From Ophelia neglecta (lineage: Eukaryota), in NCBI GenBank assembly GCA_965285935.1, contig OZ260661.1, positions 125,550,001-125,614,000 of the forward strand: a stretch of DNA of 64,000 bases. Reading direction: 5' to 3'. The notes beneath the pieces were generated by a model, which was given only the letters and a program-made list of their open reading frames with translations, searched no databases and was not told where the DNA came from. Positions 13,165 to 28,101 of the stretch are shown piece by piece. Made by a program: the position numbers and the translations under genes. How positions within the stretch are numbered: position 1 is the first letter of the stretch; every line of letters starts with the position of its first letter.

Positions 13165-16100
13165 AGTTATTGCAGTCAGCTGCACGCTTAGCAACTATCA
13201 GAGAACCTGCTAGGATTCAATGAATACTCTTGGGTAGCCATAACACCTGTTAATACGTCTAGCAGCGCCGTCCTGGCTGAATTTGGGTAGTTTTTTGTCT
13301 GCTTGGGAATTAATAGTAAACCCTTTGTCATGAGACTCAGTCAAGTGTCATTATCCCCCTTTCGGATATAATTGGGTCCCAAGATGGGCGAATAACAATC
13401 GCAATATATCATGGAAAGGCAGTCATAATTTAAAAACAACAACGGTCACTTCTTTGCTGACAATTATCAAAGAGACTTTCTGCTGGCAATCAGCTGTTAT
13501 TTAGATGAAGGAAAGGAAATCAGGATTGCATAGAAGGATAAATGTTGGCATAAGACAACAGTAATAGAAATTTAATTAATTAACTGAGTATTGAAATTGA
13601 CCTGAGATTGATTGAATTCGCGCCTTCTCGATTATTTGTTTTAGCGTTTGCATTTCGTAGTGGTTTACCACAGCCTAAGTCAATGGTTGGGTTATTGTTT
13701 AACCAGTCACTTGAATGGTTCATATATCTATATCTTGGTCTCCGATGTTTTAACAAACTTTCATGTATTTCCCGCATTAATTCAAATAGACGACGTTCTA
13801 ATTTCGTTTTTTATACAAGTAAGCAGTGTATTAAGTGTTCGACTTTGTACATTAATGCATGTGAATGTGTTCAAAGCGCATGGGACAAACCTAGGGATTG
13901 TCAATAGTTCTTGAATGTAATAGTGTTATTTCACCCATGTGCATACTTTTACAATAATAACGGACATTGCTCTTAATTACTATTCGCACATTATACTGTC
14001 ACCTTAAGCGTTATTCTATACAGCCCACTACTTATCCACTCCTTTCAGTTATTGTATAAATAATCTCGAGCCACTGTTTGTTCCATTTTACATTGACAGA
14101 AACAAACAATGAAAAATCAAGCTTATTGTAGATTTAAGCAATAGCGAATTTACAGAATCCAACATTCATCCGTTTCGCGATTCCGTTCATTGTAAAGACT
14201 TGTGCATAAATCAATTGAGACCATGCACTCATTGCCAACATTCGATCGAATTGTCTGTACAACTGTGGGTTACATGGCTTCATTGATAAAGTCACTGCAG
14301 CAGTGAATCGACAAAGATATGTAATCAATTTATTGAATAAGAATAAGGACTAGTGTTTTATTTCAATAGATGGGACGTAATATAAATAAGGCAACAAAAA
14401 AACGGGATATACGTCAGACAGGGGTTGATTAAGACACTCAATTCACACATATCTTACTATTCTGCGTATGCTTGTGAAAACGTGTACCATAGAAACTCTC
14501 TTTGACTTCCAAATAATGAATACATACTCTAACGGTTTTGTGATAACTATTCAGCTAACTTGTCACAAAAGGGTTGTTTAGCCATTAATCCATTAAAATG
14601 TTTATGATCGCATAGGCTATGTATCGTTATTCAAAAACCTTCTACGGTACCACACTGTTTCTACAAGTTTGTCTTAGTCACTCGTAAACCAAGCTTTGAC
14701 AAATTTACCGAGTCGTTTATAGTATACACGAGTAAAATTAATAATTTAATACAGTTAAAAATTGAAAAATATGACATTTCACTACTTGCAAATGGATGAG
14801 AGATAAAATACTGGACCAAATGAAAGACATAAACCTGACTCTCTTATCTGTACTAAATGTTTCTTGCTTTCAGCGGTCGTACTGTAATTATATCGAATAC
14901 GTTTTCCAACTAGCAAACACTATAAGTAATTAGTTTAGGGGGCAACAGGGGAACTCCTGATTGCTCAAGGACAATAATAATCATGATATCTGGTGAAAAT
15001 GGCAATTGCAAACCAAATTCATCTGAACAATTTAATAATTGATGATGAGCCGCGCCGCCCTACTTTCGAACGTTTATGTTTGGGCGCTGGCATTAGCATT
15101 TCTTGTCTCGCGTTATGTGAATTATTGTAGTTATAAAACAGGGGATGTGTAAATCATTTAATCTCTAATGCGGCTTGCGATAATGGGCAAGACAGAGGCT
15201 TCTTAATCATATTTGCCTGCACCAAGTTTAACACAAAACACTATAATTATCTAGCCTCCTTCCTCAAAATAAAAGGCACATAAACCGACAACCAATCTTC
15301 CTTTAAACATTACATGCCATCTGACAACCAAGAGTCATCATCGTTGTGTTAATCAAACACCACTTTAGGCTACAAATCAAATTTAACATGAATCATAGTA
15401 GGTGTTATATATGATATAAACTTGGTATACTATGCCACTTTTAGCTATCAAGCCTAGCCATGATACCAACAAGTCCCTGTGTATTAATGCAATAAACCAA
15501 AGTTTAGGACAGTCTTTTGTATGCGTATTGCCCGAGTATGCGCTGGTGCCTATATTCAGTATACGATATAAACAACTTTTCTTATAATAAAATAGGCCCA
15601 CGAACATCAGAGGATTGTAAAATCTCTACACCAAAATAGTTCCAAGTATGTTTGGAACGTTGATTAACTTATGGATGAAAGGTTCCAGAATCAACATTAA
15701 GATATACGTTGTGTATATTACATAACACACTTAACATTATACATAGCCAGTTATGCTTAAAAATCACAGATAAGCACTTCTATTGTATAAACATACAACG
15801 CTCTTTGAGCACCTTCGCAAATGCAAATCAACCAGCCTAACTCCAAACTGCTATGAACCATCTGAGGTTAAGTCAAATTGGAAAGTTGTAGTAGTTGTTT
15901 ATTGCGCATAAACTTTCAGTTAACGTGGCAATGCGATACAACGCCTGTGGCAGCCGACAGAGCCATCAGGTCGTTCTGAGTGCCAATATAGGGTCTGGAA
16001 ATGATACCCTTAAAAATCAAGCAATAGGAAGAGGACGAACCTAACGTTCCTCGGGTTTAATAGTGGCAATAAAAGGAAAGACCTTCGAGTACCCGTGTCT

Positions 16101-19100
16101 AATACTTGGCAGTAAATCAGATAACACTTTGAAAGAGATTAGCGATAGCAGCATAGGCTATAGACATAAATAGTATAAGGTCATAGTTGAGTCCTACTTC
16201 AACATTAACATTTAACGAATGCCAGGAACGGCTTGCATATTAAACTTGCTTTCTTTCTCTTGGAGCTCACATGTATATAAAGCATAGCCTGAAATTAACA
16301 AATAATTACGATATGAATTCCCTGCAGCACATCTCAGAGAAAATAGAACAGTTTTGACGTTTCTAAGCTAGCCTAAGTACAATCAACTCCGGGAAAACAA
16401 CGCCATATGATATCATCAGCACTTTTTAGCGGCGATGCTGTTCTAATTGATATGATCTATCTCAACAACGAATAGATGTTGTGATTTAGATTCTCTATGA
16501 CCGGTCACATTCAATATATTAGCCGAACACTCCTAGTATGTTTACTGAGTCCTTATATTAAATATCTTAATATATCTAATTGGGAGAAACCATATACAAT
16601 TTGACCGTTGCTCATTTAACACCAATAATATGAAGTATATTTCTATACAATATCTGTAATTGAGATTTAGATGAAGTCAAATCAGAAAAATATCATATTC
16701 TGAAAAGGGGATACTGTTGGTACTGAAGACATCGTAGTGTATTTATACTAAAACTAGTTGATAACTGATTCCATTGTGCATGATGGCAATGTTTGGCAAT
16801 TGATGGCGTGCAGTTAAACACATTCGTTATTACACGGAAATACCCCGGTGATTAAACGTCCCATGAGAGGCTGATTTAAATCCAATGGTCAATGAGATTC
16901 TTTCGAAAATAGTGTAGGTTTAACTCTTTCGATGCAGGCCCTTCTTAGCTGTTGCAGAAGAAAAACACCTTAAACACTTGTCCGTAGTCGGCTCGGGATG
17001 TATTCGCGAAATAATCTTTCTGTAATGGACTGACCTCATATACGGCTACTCATTTTACCAAAGTGGTTTCCTTTATAAACGAATGTATCTAGCAGTCATA
17101 TTTGCCTTGCAGTTGGATATCCTGATATTCTGATGATAGGAACAATTCTGGATACATAAAGAACCTCCGGTATTTATATATTTGTAAATGTAATGAGATA
17201 AATAAGACATATAGGATCAGACAACACCCCGGGTTAGACGCAACATTGAATCCAGATTGGTAATTGAATCTACCATTGAGGCAAATGTTAGAACTTCGTA
17301 AGTTTTCTGCAGAGAATTACTCTAAAAATACCGTCTAGACATAGAACAGCAGACGGTAAAATAGACGTATTTTATGATGGAGGAAGCAACTTTTTGTGGG
17401 GAATAAAATCAAGAAAATATTACTGAGCTTCGAAAAAGGAAACATTTAATAGAATTACTAAAAAGAAAAGGAGGGGGAGGGGATATCTTACACCAACAAT
17501 GTAACATTATTTAAACATCATTCCTTTAAACGCTTTAGGAACAGACTGACATAATATATATGGTGCTGAATGACGTTGCTACCAAAGATAAGCCTCAGGA
17601 TCTACCTATAACTGCAAATCTAGAAAGCTGCCTTGTTATATAGTTTGAAAGTATACTTATTTCTGATTTACTGGGACTGACTTAATGGATAAATTCTGAA
17701 TACTTATTTTCGATTGTCGGCCTGGTTCTTACTGTCTTGTTCCATTAAATAGATCGAAAGTTTGTTGATTATACTTTGAACGGAAAGTCGAAGATTTGAA
17801 ATAAGTGGTCAAACATACGAGTATCTAGTAGATTGCCCCATTGGTGGTTGGATGAATATCATTTAGTTTGTTCCCTAACACTAACCTTTGTTGGTCACTC
17901 CATGGAATTTCAACTGCGCATTAGCAAACATGCATTCTTGACATTAAACTGATAAGTACATGGGACACCCACTACATCCTTAGGACATGTATTAGATGCC
18001 AATCGCTCAACCTTTGCAGCGATTCAAGGGAAGGTGTGGAATGTACTTAACCACCGTGACCTATAGTAACTGGGAATGTGCCCTTGCCGTTCCGAAAATT
18101 TCGTGGGCAAGTTAACCAGTTTGGGTTTCAAAAACTATGTAGAGTTTCTTAAGGTATCATCAGTGACTTTGGGGTCCATTTACCACAACATATCCAGTAG
18201 GTGAGGTTCATTTTCCTCCAGCGAGTGGTCGACAGGTGGCCTCTCTGTTCACCAGGCATCGTATCGTGATGCCAAGCGTTTAAAGGTTAAAACAACTTGT
18301 TTTCAGAACGTTGCATATGCAATGTAAACTTTTCAGATGCCCCATGCAGTACCGCCTTTAGTTCTTGAAAATAAATACGCCACAGCAGATAAATCGATTT
18401 CCCTGGGATCCACAGAGAGTGACCCGTCAGACCAAACAATATCACTGAGTAAGAATACATAATTTAATCGTTCCGAACTCACCTGGAACGTTCTACGATA
18501 GGCCCAAGGATAATAAAAACTTTATCACAAAACCACTAACAAGTTTGTAACTAAATTCGAACACAATTAAGCACTTGCAATGACAACTTGTACACAACAT
18601 TTTCCCAATGGTAATCGAGCCACAAAAACCTGAGTAGACGGTGAAAATAAAAAGACGGTGCAATGACCTAAGCAACAATGTGCTTCATACCGTACACAAA
18701 AGCCTTAAGTCACAGGTGACTATTTCTTGCATGTAAAATTGTTTTAGAACGGTCAATGAGACACATTTCCAGTGTTAATTGCACCGAACCAAAATAAATA
18801 TTTTCAAATCACGATAATCAAGAGTTTTTCGTTAATCAAGAGCTTTCCTAAAATATCGACTTATCTTAAATGACAGTGATGATGAGGATGAAAAGCTTGA
18901 CAAGGCGGGAAAGTAAATAGTACGCAAAATGTGACTGTAAGTTCCCTCCTAAAGCATGTCTTCCGGATGTAGAATGCAGAATAACAACGCCCGGAGACGC
19001 AATACACATTTTAATCAAGACTTGAGGTATGTTAGATTAGTCATATTTGAACAGGGCTTCCAATATTAGATACCGCAGGCGCTTTGACACATTTTGCAGT

Positions 19101-22092
19101 GGTCTAGCCCGTTTTGCCATAACAGTGTTTCGTAGGACTTACAACTGAGACTCAAGAGAACAATTCGCCCAAAATCAATGGGACCAGGACAGTGCTTTGG
19201 ATCATATGCCTAGACATCAAGTCGTCAAAATTCCACTTTGATGAGATAAAATTAGTACCCACTGGTCAAATGCTTTAACCTGAGCTTTCCGACCACACTC
19301 AATTTTCATTGAGAATGTAGCCTTTAGACATAAGTTATCTCCGATGATTACAGGAAACAGTCAATTTTTCACACGCTGCATACAATTTTCATTTTATTCC
19401 ATTTTCCAATCGTGTTTTCTTTGAATAAAACTACAAATTAAACGTCGGAATAAAAGTGGTATGTTTATTAAAGGGAATGTTTTATAGGTCCGCAGTGCAA
19501 GTAATGTATCTTGACCGCATTTTAAAATTGCGTAGATCTACCGAAGGTTTTGCTTTAGCTCGCAATTGCGGGTTTGGAATCTTAAATGGAAGGCACCATA
19601 TTTGTTTGCACAATATAAAAATACACCCTTTTTAATTTTTGTTGGCCTTTTCATAAAGTACAATGTGTTCGGGGCATCGAAGGCGAATAGATACCTTTGA
19701 TATGATATACAACAGTCCAAGCTTTCGACCGATACATCATAATATGAACTAGGTATTAAACCAAGGAACTGAATAAGGTGTTGCACACATGCGTAATTCG
19801 TCGAAATGAAAGTTTAACCCTCCATAAATGAAGTTTGGATTTTGGTTTATGTTACGTTTCCATTTCTTTTTTCAAATCAGACTAAAGTTCAAGTCCCACA
19901 TATATATATATTGATTGATTGATAATATACAGAAATGATGTGATGGCAACATACTATAGTTGGTATTCCATTCTGACATGAACTATGGCCTCCATGTATT
20001 GTGGACAACTAGTTCTATTACCATAACAATATTGTCCAGATAGTGAGCTCCGATTCAAAGCTGTACATTATTATTGATCTCCATTTGTTCTTGACAAGTA
20101 AATGTCAATCTGAATTAATGCAGCTTACTTAAATTTTATCAACAGTGCAATCACAGTTTAGGTATATTAACTACAGGGTTGTCATACCAAAACTTTAAGA
20201 GCCTATTATAAACTTTTTACCTTAATTGTCAATAATCTTTGAAAATAAATTCTTAAGATAAAGTTGAGCTGCTTTTCCCTCTAATCCACCTCAATTATAT
20301 CCTATAAATTGAAGTATAACTTCAAATTTGACCTCTTCATCCCCTCCGTTCCCCTATTTCGCTGGTAATATTTTGACAGTAAACGACATCGAGATCTGGA
20401 GATCGGAGGAAATTTTGAATCACACTTTCCGAACTGTGCATTATCACCTCTAAGAATCCTCGGAAATCACGTTATTATTAATATTTTGAAAATGCTAAGA
20501 ACTATTACGGTGAAGATTAACGCATAGATCGGCGATGGTTTTCATATTCTGAACAATGAAGTTTAGAACCTTATTTTAGTCAGAGGCAAACAATCTTTCG
20601 GTTCCATCTCAATTTCTACCTACCCTGAGTAGCTTTAAATACCATGTTTTGACCCGCGCTTAGACTATTATCAAAAAAGAGAGCAAATAAGCTTGAACAA
20701 AGGTTACTGAGTGCAATGACACCAATCATTAAGTATGCCATGACAGCCTCGAATGGCCTATGTTTAGCCTGTGTAATTTGCAATTTTCAACAAATACCAC
20801 ATAAATCATCTACTCCTTCATTTCTACATCAACCCGAAAAAAAGCGAAATATAAGCCTTCTTCTCTACTTATGAAGGATAGCCACCTGCCTTCTGACCAA
20901 TCATTCAGAGGGATGCTGGAGAACTTAAATTGACACACCTAATTTCGGCGACAGGTGGTGATCTAGATTAGATTCAGACTGTAATGCCCAGGTGAACTTG
21001 GTGCGTTCGTTGCCATGTGTACACAAAGCCATGAGGTCTGTGCACGCATTTACAGTGAATAACAAACAACTAATTGATTTTAATTGGCAGAATCAAATAT
21101 GTTTGCACATTCTAAAATGGTACAAGCCCTGGGAAATAAATTATACATGTCCAGAGCTCCTACTTTTCGTTACAGTGCGATGCTTTTTAATATCGTTTCA
21201 TTTAACGATACACGTTTAGCTGTAAACATGACTTCATTTGGTCACTTTTATTTCTTTACTTATTTTGAACCGATTACGATAAGACATTATCATTATATCA
21301 GGGAATTGATGTAGACGGTCGAGAGTCGAATTGTACAAGAGTCTGTTTTCCATACGCGATGTTTTGGCATTCTTGTTTGACAGGTGCTGTCGAGGTTAAG
21401 TTGAGCCGATTCACATTAAAGACGGAGAGCGCTAAGCTTGAAAAACGAATGAAAATAGCTTATGAATGTGGATAAAATAGCCACTATGAACCGAATTTTC
21501 CACATTCTTTCCATTGGACAAAACTGCATAATGCGTGGTCTATTAATTGACCCCAGTTATAAATTTATATTTAAAGGGGCCCAATAACTACAGCTATATA
21601 AACTATATGTTAATTACTCCAATAAGATAATGAGAGGAAATAATCCAGATTCACGCAAAGTTAGTGGTATACTGTTTTCTATAGTGCATACCCGACTCAT
21701 CACACATCAGCATGAATTATATGCTAATTTTTGTGAGTAATTCGGGACGATTATATGTGACTTTGTCATTGGTCCCTACGCTCAATATTAATCGTACGGC
21801 GTGAATATTGCTCTGCTTCGACCAAACCATCTGTTCCATAAAAATATCGGCAACTTTCTAATGCAATAAAATTAATCTCTTCGGCGTTAGAAACCAAATT
21901 AGTTTTATGAGCAACAGTCTATGTCTCTCATTCAAAATGCATTTTATAGGTAATTGTATGTGGTGGTTTCTCAATTACCCCTATTTGAAATGTGCGACTC
22001 AATCAAAGTCGTTTTGCAAGCACAAACAAAGTTTAAACAACTTGGCGGACAGTGATATAAAGCATTCCCCAATGAGACAGTATGTGACCTAC

Positions 22093-22588
22093 CTGGTGCC
22101 TCGTATTCGTCCTCTACGATGTGATAATGAATGGAACGTACCGGATTGTGAAGTGACGTCACAAGATCTTGTATGAGGGAATATGTAAATACAGCAGCAA
22201 ACAGAGCCATCAAAATGTACACTACATTAAGACATATGTGTGAAAAACGCTTCTGCAGAGGAATATATTCTACGTTGAATTCATCAGGGTTATCGTCTGA
22301 TTCTGCATTCCGGAGAACGTCTACACAAGGAAATCCCAAACAAAATTTCTTTTTTCTCTTTGAAGCATTGCAGTTGGCTGACACATTACGATCGGATATT
22401 GGGTTAGAAAACATAGTTTTGATTTTGTCTTTCTTTTTGTCAAGCACTGGTTGGACATCGTCAGACAGTATTTTCTCCCCAAACGTCTCTTGCATGTGTT
22501 TCCTCTGGCTTCTCACACCTTCTGTGTATTGTTGATCACCGCATTTTTGTGAAATACTTGTATTCTCCACCGAAGACATCTGTTTCAT
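22093..22588 (-). CDS. PACC1: PAC/TMEM206-like channel, variable exon C (partial CDS)
   Basis: ORF 21971..22588 has KRFSHICLNVVYILMALFAAVFTYSLIQDLVTSLHNPVRSIHYHIVEDEYEAPG; donor CCAG|GTAGGT (GT at 22092-22091); 496 nt = phase 1. The ORF tail beyond APG is intron read-through. Confidence 0.82.
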
Positions 22589-24814
22589 TCAGGTGTGCCC
22601 GAAGTCTTGTTTCCTTTTTCTGTTAGATCGCAAAATGCTCGTTGCCAATTTCTGCAGGGACCTGGTGGTTTTGCAACCTGCCCCGCACTGGTGCCTACCA
22701 AGCGCGACTCTGTGTTTCGTCCTCAGGGCCGTTGCCACGATATGGATCAAACTATCACACTAACCTAGATACTAAATACTAATTTACGTGTAATAACCTA
22801 CAGACGGTGCTCACCTCGAGAGTACGAAGTGTACACCAAGTTAGAGCATATGCGAGGCACGCGCTGTAATAAACGTATTACTCATGACACAACAAACTTC
22901 AGTGGCTAACTGGGCTAGCATTTCGATTTAACACCGCTTCGAAGTCTAGCTGCAAATTACTGTTCCTCGCTTCACATCGATCTGATCAACAATGTTGAGA
23001 GAACGGCACCACTGGCCTCCGAAAAGATAGAAATAAGTCGGGTATTCTTGTGTATACAAATATAATGTTACTGTGTGCCTTAAAAAGTCCACTCTGCTTT
23101 TAAATGTGGAGCAGGGGTTTATTGCCCCACATAACACAAGGACCACTTCTGCTATAAAACTACATTATATTGCTGTAAACATCATTCCAAAATGCACGTT
23201 TTATCAGCACTGCTAACCTATTCTATCTCGATAGGATACCCAATGGTATTTGGGTCACACAATGTTGAATTGGGGGTTATTTCCATGAGCTTGCGGTGTG
23301 GTCATGTGTGATGTTCATATGGTTGATGAAAAGATGACAAATGAAGTAAGTATAGTATAAGCAACAGGTGGTTCGTTGAACAGCATTGTGACAACACAAG
23401 GACATGAACAACCTATCATTTCACTTGATGTAATTTAATAGATTTTGGCCTTAAAGATGTGCTCATAAGCAAACGACACAATACTTTCGTTTAATTGAAC
23501 ATACTTATCAACGACAATGTATTTTCTCCTTAGTTTAGTTCTACGATGCGAGCCAAATGTGTTGTAAATCTTTCCCTAAAAATAAGCCTAAGTGAAAATA
23601 AATAATGGTAAGATTACCCTTATAATAATACCGCGTGTGCATGTATTAAACGTGTCTTGTACCTGTTCTCGCTTGTGATGAGTACCAATGCCATGTTTTT
23701 TTTTATTCTTATACTGTACTATAAGTAATATTATGTGCTAACAGTGGTCCCTTCTATATAAAAGTAGTACAGCAACAGATTCAGCAAATAATATGAAAAG
23801 GTATTAATCACATGGCTGCTATAATATGTATCTCAGGTATAATGGCTTACGCAGGGAATTTTTTTCTGTGAATATCGCCGGCTGTTTTTTTGTGGTAATT
23901 TGCACACCAAATGAATTGTACATGAACATTGATGCCACATGCAGAAAGTTACATAAGTATCTGTTTAAAGTTCAAACCCCGTGACGCGGGAGATTCATAG
24001 CGATATGTATTTTATTAAGAATCCGAATGATTCATATGTTAGTTCTTATATCTTCTACTCATACAAAGAGGTTTATCAAGCGACACAAACCTATATCTGT
24101 GATTAATCCTCAGCAAAACCCCACGTCATACAAGCGCCATGGTTCTGAAGGTGAATTTTCCCCGGAATGGAGCATGTCGGGTTTGTTATAAACGCGGCGT
24201 GAAAGGTCCAATTATTATATTTTAATGGGCGTTTGTTAGTATCATGTAAATCTTTTCTCCCATAGTCTGAAGGCAAAGACGTTAGTGAGGGCATTAACAC
24301 ATGGTTATAGCCAACGCTATCTGCTCTCGCCAGAGATTCGAAATATTCGTGACCTCAGTGCAGCTACATTTGTGAAGACCATTACAGCCGAAACCCAACT
24401 CATAAAGATAACAAGAATAAATGGAAAATCTCTTATCAGGTTGTCATATCCTGGGGTCACATCCGGCCACGGGTCGTGCATTAGTATAGCAACATGTGGT
24501 TCAAACGTTGACAGTTTATTAAATTTTCACACCAAAATTATTTTATTTTCCGGGACATTTGTCTGAGTGAACAAAGGGAGTATATAATCGGACATCAGGG
24601 ATAGACTTGAGGGGTATCAATGATCTTTCGTACTACAGTAATCTTTGGTCCACGAAAACGGCAAGTGATATACCGACTAGGCATGTATAGGACATCTCCG
24701 TCGGGACTTCTTTGGATAAGGAAATAATTGGTTGCTTCAAAAACGTACAAAAACTATATATTGTGAAACTATGCTTTAAAAATATGTTAAAGATAGCATT
24801 CGAATGTAATTTAA

Positions 24815-24890
24815 ACCTATGCGACTTGAACAAGCCTTATCAAAGGTTTAGCAGAAGGCAGCGACCTTATCAACTGAGCTACTGAGGTAG
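24815..24890 (-). repeat. Degenerate tRNA-like / SINE head
   Basis: Minus strand has an A-box-like TAGCTCAGTTGATAAG and a B-box-like GTTCAAGTC at tRNA-like spacing; no intact cloverleaf. Confidence 0.35.
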
Positions 24891-26765
24891 CAGCAACTTA
24901 TGATCCTTCTATGTACAGGGCCGTTCACCGGAAAAAATTACTGTTTTCTGTTTCCGACGATTTTTCGCAGTATTTCGATTCTTTGTGCTTTATGTTTTAA
25001 ATATTGTGCATAATGTGAACAAGGCAAAAGAAAAGGAAATCTTACATACTGTACCAATGATATTAGTTCCTCTTAATTTCGTCAGTGATATTGTGTTTAA
25101 CAGCATTGGAAAATTAGAAAGAAGGTGAGATGATAGAAATTATAACCAGAGAAATGTTATGAAATATATGGTATTTCCGTTGTTTCTGTCCTATTTCATC
25201 ATATTCATTATATTCTCCATTTATATTTCTGCCAGTAAGTAATAAGTAATACAATATTAATGGCTTTTAAGATCTCGAATTCAGGGATTTAAAGTTCACT
25301 TTCATTCAGTTAGCGATATTGACATTTACGCTTCAACGCGTATCAACTGGTGCTATAACATTTATATTGTGTTCATGCATCAAACGCTTGACCAACTTTG
25401 TGTGAGCGATTTGATAAATGCCACTAGCAACTAGCATATTGTTGCATTTCTTTTAACTGTATGTCTTAAGGAACCAGCTACCATACTCACCAGATCCCAG
25501 CTCCCACACAGTAAATAAGCATGGAATGCAAGTAAGCACTTTGAAAACATAAAATTGATATTTCTTGCACAGATTGCTTAAGTAACTCCAGATTAGCATG
25601 CCGTCTGCTTTAAACGACACCTCTGGTTCTGCTGATTCTTTATCTTTTAACGTCAGTTGGATGGAAAATCCGTCACAGAAGACTGACATTGTCGATATTC
25701 TGTGAACTTAATGACTCTACCTAATATGGTGCCCGGTACCACTATATCCATGTCCCTAACTATACTCGGAGAACTTAAATCTGCTACTAAATTCATTCCT
25801 AAGTCTGAAATTTTAATGATTTTCAAATATCCACAATGGCAACTAAAAACTGCGCTTTGTATAAAATCACATCCGATGAGATAAAACGTTGCTCACGGTT
25901 ATCACCTTTCTAAATAGTTACAGCCTACCGGTTTTTTTCTGATTTTGAAGGAATTTGAAGCCGTTTCAAAGAAGCGTTATTAATATCAGGAATCTAACAT
26001 AAAACAGCCTCATAACTCAGGCCATCCTATGCATAACATAATCAAAATACCCAGAACACTCCTAATTTGAAGATCAGTAAACGCGCTAAGGATATCGTAC
26101 CAAATTTACGGAAGATGAATAGCGTCGACGCATTTGGTTTACTGCATTGCGAGATAAAACGAGTAGCAAATTGGGATGACAACTAGTACATTGCATAAAA
26201 AGGAGTAGATGCCCGGCAGGGAAACCCAAATTATTAATCGAGGACAGTCCATCAATCAGCCCATCACATCATTACATCATTCGCCAGCTCCCAACAGGTA
26301 AGGCCAATAATACAATAGAAGACATAAATGTAGCTTGGGACGTCGTTATTGACTTTCGTGCTGAACACATAATATACAAAGCTAAGTCGAGAAAAACCTT
26401 TTCCCACATTGTCAGTGTAGAAAGGTGTTAGAAGCTTTGTTGTTTAATAATTACTGGAAGCGGATGAACTTCATTAGTACGGTATTATATGGGTATTATT
26501 CATGGCCCAATTATATTATCTAGTGTCCGAACAAAAGGTGTTTCAAGGTTTTTCAAGCATTTTTAATTACATAGCATGCTACTTACTTAAGTGGAAAACA
26601 TGATTATTATTTTGACAGAACCCAGCGATCATTGTACGCTGTGAATGTATCAATCTAGACCTGGCTAACATATGGCCAGCTCGGATTCTACGCCACAATG
26701 CAAATACACTAACCAGAAGGTACATATTGTGTCTCCTCTGCCCTCGTTATTCAAAACAGCATAAG

Positions 26766-27333
26766 CCAAGATTGCGATTCCAGGCAGCTTATCATTACTG
26801 GCTGACTTTCAAGACAGAACCCATACCATGCAGTTTGGTGGCATAACTATGGATACATGCGTTGCCCACATGTTTCCACAAACTAGGTGGCTGAACAGAA
26901 TAAAACTTTATGGCTTAATTTTTTTAAATATCACACACACGGGTTCTATCCAGTGAGTTAACATAAAAAGCTCATCAGTAAAATTCGGTTACATTCTTTT
27001 TGTAATGTTTTGTAAAGCATTTAGAACAAGACTTCCCTAATTTGCTATTTTACGTTTCTAGCACCGACCAATGTAAATAAAACATCTAGCAGGCTTAAGA
27101 TATTTTTGAATGGCCCAATGTTATTCATTTTGTGATTATTTACTTTATTGCCTTTTGAAATGTTTAATCGTCCACTAATTAGTGACATTTGTTACACTCA
27201 CCGCTGTTAACCTGCGTCAGTGCCTGGATTTTATGATTCGAACACATAATAGGTACGGGAAGCCTCAGTAACTTACAGCGGAACACATGAGAAAACACTA
27301 TGGATTAATCTTGCATCCCTCTACCGGGCGAGG
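26766..27333 (+). repeat. Local direct duplication, copy 1
   Basis: Aligns with 28102-28813 (shared GCCCACATGT, AGAATAAAACTTTATGG, GAACACATGAGAAAA, TGGATTAATCTTGCATCCC). Confidence 0.9.
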
Positions 27334-28101
27334 AATCAAAAAATGGGCCATAAATTAAGTGTGAGCTAGCTATCTGGGTGTATCTGTATTGCTCCGAAGA
27401 ATTAATTACAGATGGAACGTTATCCAAGCGAAAGGAGACTTTGTGTATAGAAGGATGAGGTAAAAACAAAACCTTAAATACGGAAGTGGACAAAGCTAAA
27501 TCATTATTCTAGTTTATTCCATTAAATGAAAGGAATCCTTAGCATGTGATGTGATATGTACTGCAAGGGAATCATCATACTGGACAGCTATGGCTTGCAT
27601 AAGTAAATGAGTTGAGAGTAGCAACGGAAGTTATCTTAATAACATTCCCGATCCAACACAATGTGTTTGCATTTTTCAGCACTGTTTTGAACTTTCCCGG
27701 GACAGGCACCTGCGCAGCTATCGTTTAAGCGTGTTTCATTCTTCATGTTCAGGAAAATGTAGACATACCTACTTTTTTTTACTAATCCGTTGATAGCAAT
27801 CCATAATATCACTATTTCTACAGCGGGTGATGTTGTCGCTGTTCAGATTATACGACACAAATGGACATATACTTACACCTATCAAACTGTCCAAGAATAG
27901 ACATTGAAGGTACATAAGTATGCCTCCTTTGAACTTAGACGTATTTAAAATATGTCTTTCGAGATTATCTGTCGTCCAATTTGCACAATGGGCGGCAACC
28001 ACACAAACCGGAAGCCTGACAAGTAATCCCCAATTTTTTCTGTATCAACAAATGGCTGAAAGAAGCTGGAAAAGCAAAACATGTTTTCTAGGCAACATAT
28101 C

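Noticed and set aside
18476-18678. CCAG|GTGAGT donor after a VP codon pair, adjacent to ORF 18493..18678
   Set aside because: In-frame TAG just upstream of the donor and no similarity to the cassette TM1 motif.
21971-22092. C-terminal tails of the four ORFs beyond APG
   Set aside because: Not conserved between copies and begin exactly at GT donors, so they are intron read-through.
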